Below are positions 50,323 to 58,630 of a stretch of DNA of 64,000 nucleotides, in pieces. Both the position numbers and the translations under genes were made by a program. Source of the DNA: an uncultured delta proteobacterium (GTDB lineage: Bacteria; Myxococcota; Myxococcia; SLRQ01). Below the pieces are notes generated by a model. It was not told the origin of the DNA and did not search any database. It saw only the letters and a program-made list of their open reading frames with translations. Position 1 is the first letter of the stretch; the number at the start of each line of letters is the position of its first letter. The stretch covers positions 864,001 through 928,000 of the forward strand of contig CAVSGM010000011.1 of the NCBI GenBank assembly GCA_963727485.1, given 5' to 3'.

Positions 50323-51834
50323 CTAGGGCGCGGCCGGGTGGACGGCCATCCACTCGAGGAGCTTCTTGCAGCGGTGGCCGATGTCGGGCCCGCTGCCGTC
50401 GTCCTTCAGGCCCGTGCCCCCGCAGGCGTCGAGGACGGAGCGCCCGTCGCCGGTGTGCCACGCGGCGACGAAGCCGAACCAGGCGTCTACGTTCGGCGCG
50501 GCCTCGGTGTGGACGGCCACGACGGTGGTGTCGCGGCGGTGGCCGGCGATGGGCATGCGGATGTGCCCGACCTCCGCCGACCCGTGGTAGCGGCGGGCCA
50601 TCCGCTCGACGTAGGCGTGCACCATGGGGTCCAGGGCCTGCTCGCCGGAGACGGTCGCCACCGAGGCGGTGATCGGGCCGCAGTCGAGGTCGTAGCCCAC
50701 GGCGCCGGCGGCCGCGGGGTGGCGGTGGCACCCGTCGAGGAGGTGGGCCGGGGGCGCCTCGGCGGTGGGCTGGCCGGTGGGCCCCGCGCCGGGCGTGGCG
50801 AGGGACATCACCTTGGCGCAGAGGGCGGGGAGCGCCGCGTCGCCCGCCGAGTGGAAGCACTCCACGGTGGTCAAGCCGTGGAAGAGCCCGCCCACGGCGA
50901 GGTCGAGGGCCACGTGCTGCCCCTGGGTGTCGAAGCGCACCCGGCCGCAGACGCCCTGGCCGCGGCCCACGGTGCAGGTCGACACCTCGAGGGTGGCGCC
51001 GGTGGCGTGCTGCTTGCGCGCCTGCTTCACGACCGAGCGTCCGAGCGCGTCCATGACCGCCTTCAGGCCCCTCGGCGTCGGCGGCCCGGCGAGGGGCTCG
51101 ATCCGGGTGAGGACCAGGTCGGCCTCGGGGCAGCGCAGGTGGAGGTGGCGGGTGTCCGACCGGAGGCGCGCGCAGCCCTCGGGCGTCGGCAGGGCCGCCT
51201 CGGAGATCCAGGGGCGGGCGTCGGGGAGGGCGTTCGCGGGCGCCCGGGGGAGGCCCGCCGGGAGCTTGGGGTGCGTCGCCATCCACCCCATGAGCCGGCC
51301 GCAGCGCTTCCCGGCCTCGGCCGACCGGGGCCCGCCGCAGGCGAGGACCAGGACCTGGTGGGGCCCGGTACGCCAGCCGCTCGCCACCCCGAGCCAGGTG
51401 GGCTTGTCGTCGTGGTGCCTCGGCTCGCGGAAGAGGGCCATCATGGTCGCGGGGCGTGGGGTGCCGCCGATGGGCAGCGGCTTGTGCATGGGCGCGGTCT
51501 CGAGGTCGCCGGAGAGCAGGCCGGTGAGGCCCGAGACCTGGACCGCCACCCGGTCCTCGGGCGCCGCGTCGGTGGTCTCCCGGCGGGCGAAGGCGAGGTC
51601 CTTGCCGCAGACGAGGCCGTAGGTGTCCCGGGCCACGTTGGCGAAGAGCACCTGGCAGCCGTCGAGGACGCCGGCGGGGGCGCGCGTCGGGGTGGCGCCC
51701 TGTGCCTTGGCCGCGGCCGGCGACGCCTGGGCCCGGGGTGACGTGGCCGGGCGCTCGGGGTGACTGGCGCAGGCGCCCGTCGCCAGGAGCATCGCGACCA
51801 CCGCGACCACCGCGACCCTGCGTGGCCGGGTCAC
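50323..51834 (-). CDS. Cys-rich modular lipoprotein (modules A-B-A)
   Basis: Lipobox ATGAC; repeated L(L/F)xGC...CG...RCxxLxxWMAxHP modules; GTGA overlap with the upstream paralogue. Confidence 0.75.
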   Translation of the reverse strand: MTRPRRVAVVAVVAMLLATGACASHPERPATSPRAQASPAAAKAQGATPTRAPAGVLDGCQVLFANVARDTYGLVCGKDLAFARRETTDAAPEDRVAVQVSGLTGLLSGDLETAPMHKPLPIGGTPRPATMMALFREPRHHDDKPTWLGVASGWRTGPHQVLVLACGGPRSAEAGKRCGRLMGWMATHPKLPAGLPRAPANALPDARPWISEAALPTPEGCARLRSDTRHLHLRCPEADLVLTRIEPLAGPPTPRGLKAVMDALGRSVVKQARKQHATGATLEVSTCTVGRGQGVCGRVRFDTQGQHVALDLAVGGLFHGLTTVECFHSAGDAALPALCAKVMSLATPGAGPTGQPTAEAPPAHLLDGCHRHPAAAGAVGYDLDCGPITASVATVSGEQALDPMVHAYVERMARRYHGSAEVGHIRMPIAGHRRDTTVVAVHTEAAPNVDAWFGFVAAWHTGDGRSVLDACGGTGLKDDGSGPDIGHRCKKLLEWMAVHPAAP

Positions 51835-52838
51835 TTCCCGGCGCTCGGACGCTGGAGGAACTGGGCGCAGGCGGGGGTCACGGCGTCTCCGTCTCCCGGG
51901 AAGATGCACTCCACCAGGGCGAGGCCGCCGAAGAGCCGGCCGATCCCCAGGACCGTCTGGCCGCTGTCCTTGCCCGCGGAGACGGCGATCCGGTCGCAGC
52001 GGCCGTCGTCGGCGCCGACGTGGCAGGGCACCTGGGTCCGCGCCGCCTGGGGCGAGACGGTCCGCCGCATGGCCCCGAGGGTCTTGGCGGCGATGGCCTG
52101 CTGCATGGCCTGGGCGTGGGTCCGGGCCGGGGCGCCGGTGCTCGCCGAGATCCGCCAGAGGATGATCTGGGTGTCGCCACAGTGCAGGGTCACGCCCTTG
52201 GACCCGTGGTGCTCGGCCTGGCAGCCGGCCGGCGGGTGGAGGGCGCCCGCGGGAGGCCAGGGGGGCCCCGGGTCGGCGGCGGCCCGGGCGGAGGGCGTCG
52301 CCGGCTTCCGCGGCAGGTCCTGGGGCGCCGTGGGGTGGGCGGCGATCCAGTCCATGAGCGCCGCGCAGCGGTCCTGCTTCCCGGGCAGCTGGTCCCGGCA
52401 GGCGACCAGGCGCATCTGCCCGTCGTCCCGGTTCCAGGCGACCATCCGCCCGCGGAACGCCGGGGTCCCCGGGTGGCGCTGGTCCATCACCGAGAACTCG
52501 GTCACCTGCCGGACGGTCCCCGCCAGCGTCGCCGGCACCTTCCGGGTGACGAAGCGGAAGGGCGGGTCCACCCGCTTGCCCATGTCGTGCAGGGTGGCGT
52601 CGACGAAGGCCTCCGGGGTCTTCTTCTCCTTGAACGCAGTGACCATGGCGCTCACCGGGCCGCAGTCGACCTCGAAGCCATCCTTGGTCTCCCGGGCCAC
52701 GGCGCAGCCGTCGAAGAGGTGCGGCGGCCGGGCGGCGGCGGTGGGCGCGGCCTTGGGCGTGGGGCGGGTGGCGTGGCCGGCGCAGCCGGCGGCGAGCAGG
52801 CAGAGGCCGGCGGCCCCCGCGAGACGGAGTCGGGTCAT
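51831..52838 (-). CDS. Cys-rich modular lipoprotein (modules A-B)
   Basis: Lipobox LAAGC; LFDGC...DCG...RCAALMDWIAAHP; GRLFGGLALVEC. Confidence 0.8.
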   Translation of the reverse strand: MTRLRLAGAAGLCLLAAGCAGHATRPTPKAAPTAAARPPHLFDGCAVARETKDGFEVDCGPVSAMVTAFKEKKTPEAFVDATLHDMGKRVDPPFRFVTRKVPATLAGTVRQVTEFSVMDQRHPGTPAFRGRMVAWNRDDGQMRLVACRDQLPGKQDRCAALMDWIAAHPTAPQDLPRKPATPSARAAADPGPPWPPAGALHPPAGCQAEHHGSKGVTLHCGDTQIILWRISASTGAPARTHAQAMQQAIAAKTLGAMRRTVSPQAARTQVPCHVGADDGRCDRIAVSAGKDSGQTVLGIGRLFGGLALVECIFPGDGDAVTPACAQFLQRPSAGK

Positions 52839-52901
52839 CGGGGTCCTCCCTGGACGGCGATTCGACCAGGGTACCGCGAAGCCGGGGTCAGGGGTGGGCG
52901 G

Positions 52902-55344
52902 TCATCGCTTGGTGCGGTGGGGCTTCGGCGGCGCGGCAATGGGCCCTCCCACGGTCACCAGCCTGGCGCAGAGCCCGCTCGGCTGGCCGCCTGCGCCCGG
53001 CCAGGTGCATGAGAGCTCCAGCGGCTTGCTCCCCTTCGTCGCGTTGGTGAACAGCGTGACCACCGGTCCGTGCTCGCCCTCATGGCGGACCAGGGCACAG
53101 GGACGGCGGTCGCCCTGGAAGGAGCAGGCGTGCCACTCGACTCCGTCGAGGTGCCGGCCTGTCTCCTGGAGTGCGTAGAGCTGGCCGTCGACGACGTTCC
53201 AGAGCGCGTCGGTGTCGCGGCGCGGGTGACGGCGCGCCTCGGCGACCTCCGGCTCCCGGAAGACCGTGGTCACCTGCCGGCGGCAGAACACCTCGAGCTC
53301 GTCGTACTCCATCCGGTGGGCGCAGGCCTTCGGGGCATGGCGCAGGGCCGCGGGGATCCACGAGAGCGCTGGTACCGGCGGCTCGGCGCCGGGGGTCCCG
53401 GGAGGCGCGTCGAGGAACTGGTCGCAGGCCGGTGGATTGGCGCGGCCGGGGAAGTGGTCGATGCACTCGACGAGGGCCGAGGCTCCGAGGAGCCGCCCCG
53501 CGCCGAGGGTGAGGTCCGTGGACTGGTGGCCGTGGGTCAGACGGACGCGCTGGCAGGTGGTGGCCTCGCCACCGATCCGGCAGGGCACCGGGTGTGGCGT
53601 GCCGGCGCTGCCGTGGTGGGACGCGGCCAGCCGGGCGGCCTCGGCGGCGAGGTCCGAGCGACTGGTGGCGGGGGACGCGTCGCCGGCGAGGCGCTGGAGG
53701 ACGGCGGAGGTACCGTGGCAGCCCACGACCACCTGGCCCGGGTCCACCCGGCGGGCCTCACACATCCCGGGCAGGCCGACCAGTCCCTTGGCCGGGGGCC
53801 ACGCCGGGCCGCTGGCCGCGGAGGCGCGGGTGGGGAGCGCCAGGGACCGCTCCCAGTGGCCCGTCGGGGCCTCGGGGTAGCGCGTCTCCAGGGGCCGCGC
53901 GCCAGGGGGCAGCGGCCAGGGCTGGCGCGCCATGGCGTCGAGGAGCTCGAGGCACCGCGGGCGCACGGTCTGCCCCGGCGCGGTGCAGTCGACGGACACC
54001 AGGTGGGCGGGCGAGAGGCGCACGAAGGCGAACGCCTTGGTGCTCGGCACCTGCTCGATCCGCGTGGCGGTGGGGAAGGTGAGCACGGTGATGGTCCTCG
54101 GCTTGCCGGCGAGGACCACCCGGCGGCTGGCCACGGTCGGCCGGTGCTGGGGATGCTCGCGGAGGGCCTGGATCGCCTCCTGCCGCTGGAGGACCGGACC
54201 GATGTCGGCCGCCGTCGCCCGCAGGACGTTGGCCACCATGTGGCCGCAGAGGACGCTGTAGCCCTGGGGCTGCATCTCGTCGATCCGGCAGCCGGCGAAG
54301 GCGCCGGTGGGCCTGCCCTCGGGCTTGCCGAACCGGGGCCCACCGGGCGAGACGGGCGAGAGGGACGAGGCGAGCCCAGGGGAGACGAGGCTCCCGCCGG
54401 TCTGCACCAGGTAGGGGTCGCAGTCCTCCCGGCCGCCGATGCCCACGCCCGGGCTCGCGCAGACGACCAGCGCGGGCTTCCCGAAGACCTCGCCGGTTCC
54501 CAGGAGCAGGGTCATCGTCTGGCCCTGGCCGGCGGCCTGGATGCGCTCGCAGGTGCCGGCCACGCCCGAGACGGTGCAGCGGACCTCGTCGAGGGTCGAG
54601 CTCGGCGAGAGGCTCCGGCGGGCCTTGCGCAGGGCGAGGTGGGCGGCGCGGCGGAGACGCTTGCGGCGCTGGGCCGGATTCGAGCTTCGGGTCGTACCGG
54701 ACGACCTGGACCATCTTCGCGCCGCAGGTGAGGCGGAGCAGCGCCAGGGTGTGGCTTTTCACCTTGCAGCCGTGGAGCCTGGCGAGCGCCCGGGCCGGGG
54801 GCCAGGTGGTGTCCTTGCCGGCGCGCAGGACCTGGGGGGGCGTGTGGGGGTGGGCGGCCATCCAGCGGAGCATCGGGCCGCAGCGCTTCACCGCCCGCCC
54901 CTTGCGCCCGCCGCAGACCAGGTTCACCCCCTGGTGGCCCGGGAGATCGAACATCGCGAAGAGGCTGGTGCTGGGTCTCGGTGGCTGCTCCGCCGTGCGG
55001 GCGTAGGTGAGGACGGTGACCTGCCGAGGGGCCCCGGCGAGGGTCAGCGAGAGGGTGCGGCGCCGCGAGACCTTCACGCTCCGGAGCTTCGTCAGGGCCG
55101 CGAGGCCCAGGGCCAGGCGCCTGGCGGCCGGGAACCGCGTGTCGCCCACGTGGACGATCGCCATGGCGCCGTGGTGGCAGAGCACCGCCCAGCCGTGGCC
55201 ATCCGCCTGGCCGAGGGTGCAGCCGGCGAAGAGCTGCGCCGGGGAGCTGGTGTCCGCGGGCGCCGAGGCGTGGTTCACGGGGGTGGTGGCGCAGCCCGCC
55301 GCCAGCGTGAGGGTGGCGGCGAGCGCCAGGAGACGTCGGGTCAT
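52902..55344 (-). CDS. Cys-rich modular lipoprotein (modules A-B-A-B-B; frameshift near 54679)
   Basis: MTRRLLALAATLTLAAGC; the module pattern continues across ORFs 53758..55452 and 52902..54563 once one base is removed at GATTC 54677. Confidence 0.75.
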
Positions 55345-55505
55345 GGGGTCCTCCAGGCCAGGACCCCGCACGATAGCCCATGGGGCAGCCTGTAGGTGGA
55401 AGTTCCAGGCATGCCCGAGCCCGAGTCCCGCGTGGCGCTTGCGGCCTCGCACGGGACGTCCTAGGCATGCGAGACGTCAGCGGTCGCTGTCATCGAGGAG
55501 GGCAT

Positions 55506-56610
55506 GTGCGCTGGGAAGGTCCGAGCAGAGAGAGCGAGAGGCAGCGCGTCGAGGCCGGAGCCGAACCCAGGGACGTGGGCCCGGCCGACGTGAGCGCCGA
55601 CGAGGCCTTCGGCGCCGAGATCCTGCCCAAGGTCTCCCGCACCTTCGCCCTGTCCATCGAGGCGTTGCCTGCCGGTCTCCAGGCCCCGGTGCGCGTGGCC
55701 TACCTCCTGTGCCGGATCGTCGACACCATCGAGGACGAGGCGGACCTCGACCCGGCGCGCCGCCAGCAGCTCTTCGATGCCTTCGACGACCAGACGCGCG
55801 ACGACCGCGCCGACCCGGCGGCCTTCGAGGCCACCGCCGCCGACCTGGGCAGGCCCGGGGCCGAGCGCCGGCTCTGCCGCGGCGCGGGGGCCGTGTTCCG
55901 CACCTTCCGGGGCCTGCCACCCGAGGTCCGCGAGGCCATGCGGCCCCACGTGCTGGAGATGTCCACCGGCATGCGTGAGTACGCCGCGCGCGCCGACGCC
56001 GAGGGCGCGCTGCGCATCCGCGACCTCGAGGACCTGGAGCGCTACTGCTACTTCGTCGCCGGGACCGTGGGGAACCTCCTGACGGCCCTCTTCGAGCAGG
56101 CGGTGCCGGGCGCGCCGCCCGAGACCGTGGCGGTCGCGCGAGAGAACACCGTGGGCTTCGGTCTCGGGCTCCAGCTGGTGAACATCGTCAAGGACGTCGC
56201 CACCGACCTCGAGCGCGGGGTCTGCTTCCTGCCGGAGACGCTGCTCGAGCGACACGGCGTCCGCCCCGAGCAGCTCCTCGACCCCCAGGCGCGCGACCGG
56301 GGGCTCGCGGTGGTCCACGCGGTGACCGGGCGTGCGCGCGAGCACCTGGCGCAGGCCCGGGTCTACACCCTCGCCTGGCCGGTCCCCGAGGGCCTCGACC
56401 TGCGGCTCTTCTGCGCGGTCCCCCTGGCGCTGGCGCTGGCGACCCTCTCGGAGGTCGAGCGGGGCACCGGGGTGCTGCGCCCCGGCGTCACGCCCAAGGT
56501 CGATTCGGGCCACCGTCGCCCAGGTGCTCCAGGCCGCGCGCCTCGCGGTGACCGACGACAGGTCGCTCGAGGACCTCTTCGCGCGGGTCGACGGCTCGGC
56601 CAGCGTCTGA
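55506..56610 (+). CDS. squalene/phytoene synthase family, squalene-synthase-like (+1 frameshift near 56504)
   Basis: KVSRTFALSI, YLLCRIVDTIEDE, YCYFVAGTVG, GLGLQLVNIVKD..D; GAGGAG RBS. Confidence 0.88.
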
Positions 56611-56849
56611 CCCCTCCCCGGGCAGGTCCCGGGCAGGGCTTCGTCGGGGGGGGGGGCCGAGGCGCTGGGATGGGGGGTGGACCTGGGCGCCCCGGCCGGG
56701 CATCTCCTCGAGGGTGGCTGCGTCGCGACCACCGCACCGAGCCGTGGGTGGGTGAGGCGGTCCGAAGGCTCGAGGACGCAGACCTCCGTCGTGCCGTCGC
56801 CGAGGGACGTGCTCTCCATGCGGCCCTTCGAGCCGGGCACCAGACCGGG

Positions 56850-57743
56850 TCAGGCCGCGTCCCGAGCCTGGCTGGCCACCGCCGGCGCCTCCACCGCCAC
56901 CGGCCGCTGGTGGAGCCCGGTGAGCCGGCGCATCAGGGCGTCGGCGAGGCGGGTGGGCAGGCTCCGGACCACGGAGACGATGAGCCGGGCGCTGAAGGGC
57001 ACCAGGTACCGGGCCCGGGGGCGGCGGCGGACGATGGCCTTCTCGATGGCCCGGCTGACCACGAGGGGTCCCGCGGCGGTGCGGTCGACCATGTTCTGGA
57101 GCTCCTCGGCCTTGGCGAGGTAGGGGGCGTAGGGGCCGGGGGCCGCCTGGACGGCCTCGGTGGTGGCCATGGCGGTGGCGGAGAACTGGGACTCGACGGC
57201 CCCGGGCTCGATGAGGACCACGCGGATCCCGAAGGGCGCGAGCTCGTAGCGCAGGGCGTCGGAGAGGGCCTCCACCGCGTACTTGGTGGCGTGGTAGGCG
57301 CCGAGGAACGGGAAGGTGATGCGCCCACCCATGCTGCCCACGTTGACCACGCGGCCGGCGCCCCGCTCGCGCATCTCGGGCACGAAGGCCTGGGTGACGG
57401 CGATGAGGCCGAAGACGTTGGTCTCGAACTGGGCCCGGAGGTCGTCGGCGTCGAGCTTCTCCACCGGCCCGGCGAGGCCGTAGCCGGCGTTGTTCACCAG
57501 GGCGTCGATGCCGCGGCCGCCGGTGAGCGCCAGGACCTCCTTGCGAGCGGCGGCGATGGACGCGGCGTCGGTGACGTCGAGGCGCACCGTGTGGACCGTG
57601 CCGGTGGCCTCGGCGCGGAGGCGCTCGAGGGCGTGCTCCCGGCGGCCGGTGGCGATGACCGTGTGGCCGCGGGCGGCGAGGTGGAGGGCGGCGTGGCGGC
57701 CGATGCCGGAGGTGGCGCCGGTGATGAGGACGGTGCGGGGCAT
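56850..57743 (-). CDS. short-chain dehydrogenase/reductase
   Basis: TGATSGIG, NNAG, YHATK, IEPG. Confidence 0.95.
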   Translation of the reverse strand: MPRTVLITGATSGIGRHAALHLAARGHTVIATGRREHALERLRAEATGTVHTVRLDVTDAASIAAARKEVLALTGGRGIDALVNNAGYGLAGPVEKLDADDLRAQFETNVFGLIAVTQAFVPEMRERGAGRVVNVGSMGGRITFPFLGAYHATKYAVEALSDALRYELAPFGIRVVLIEPGAVESQFSATAMATTEAVQAAPGPYAPYLAKAEELQNMVDRTAAGPLVVSRAIEKAIVRRRPRARYLVPFSARLIVSVVRSLPTRLADALMRRLTGLHQRPVAVEAPAVASQARDAA

Positions 57744-57782
57744 GGGGTGCTCCTGGGGGGAGTGGGGTTCTCTGGAATGATT

Positions 57783-57800
57783 GGAATGAACATTCATTCC
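57783..57800. promoter_or_regulatory. probable TetR operator upstream of the SDR gene
   Basis: Perfect 8-2-8 palindrome GGAATGAA-CA-TTCATTCC, with an extra half-site at 57774-57780. Confidence 0.8.
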
Positions 57801-57841
57801 GTTTCTGGACACACGAACACGGATGAAGTGGGGTGGGGCGC

Positions 57842-58435
57842 CTAGAGGCGGATGGCCTCCCAGGCGCAGGCCTCGGCGTCCTCGAGGACCTCCGGGGTCA
57901 GCTCGAAGCGCCCGCGCCAGGCCTCGCGGATGAGGCCCACGATGGCGCCCCACACCAGGGCGACCAGGACCGGCGCCGCCACCGGCTTGACCAGCTCGGC
58001 CTCCTGGGCCGACGCCACGAAGGCGTAGATGGGGCCCAGCAGCCGGTTCTCCATGTCCCGGCTGGCGTCGTCGAGGTAGGGGGTGTGGTGGTGGAGCTCC
58101 ATGAAGGCCACGGCCTCCGGGTGCTCGATGGCGAAGTCCACGATCTTGTGGAACATCTTCCGGAAGCGGGCCCGGGGCGCCAGCGCCACCGCCATGTCGT
58201 CGAGGAGCACCTGGGCCAGGCGGCGCTTCCAGTGCTGGTAGGCCGCGTTGACCAGCGCCTCCTTGGAGTCGAAGTACCGGTAGATGGTGCCGGTGCCCAC
58301 GTGGGCACGTTTGGCGACCAGGGGGACCGCCGTGCCGTGGAAGCCCCGCTCGGCGAAGAGGGCCACCGCCGCGTCGAGGATGGCCTCGCGCTTGTCGGCG
58401 GTGGGGTCGCGGCGGAGGGCATCGAGGGGGCACAT
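57842..58435 (-). CDS. TetR/AcrR-family transcriptional regulator
   Basis: REAILDAAVALFAERGFHGT..VAKRAHVGTGTIYRYFDSKEAL. Confidence 0.95.
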   Translation of the reverse strand: MCPLDALRRDPTADKREAILDAAVALFAERGFHGTAVPLVAKRAHVGTGTIYRYFDSKEALVNAAYQHWKRRLAQVLLDDMAVALAPRARFRKMFHKIVDFAIEHPEAVAFMELHHHTPYLDDASRDMENRLLGPIYAFVASAQEAELVKPVAAPVLVALVWGAIVGLIREAWRGRFELTPEVLEDAEACAWEAIRL

Positions 58436-58479
58436 GGGGGAAGGTCTCCGGTCTCGCCTGGAGGCTGGCGCCCTCAAGC

Positions 58480-58524
58480 GGAATGAACGTTCATTTCTAT
58501 ACGGCCCCCGACCGACGATGTCAA
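58480..58524 (-). promoter_or_regulatory. tetR promoter overlapped by a second operator copy
   Basis: Minus strand TTGACA-N17-TATAGA; GGAATGAACGTTCATTTC at 58480-58497. Confidence 0.8.
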
Positions 58525-58630
58525 ACGGCGCCCGGGGAGGACGGACGGAAAACGGGCCGGCGGGTCACCAGGACCCACCGGCCCGCAGCGTCCGCCCGGA
58601 GAAGGGGGCGGGCGGACGACCCGAGCCAGG

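Noticed and set aside
55380..57845. 821-aa squalene synthase with a long C-terminal extension
   Set aside because: The extension is the antisense of the SDR gene, reached through the frameshift at 56504. The real end is TGA 56610.
56850..58433. Apparent long SDR or TetR-SDR fusion
   Set aside because: The upstream part is off-frame tetR sequence. The SDR starts at 57743 behind its own RBS and operator.
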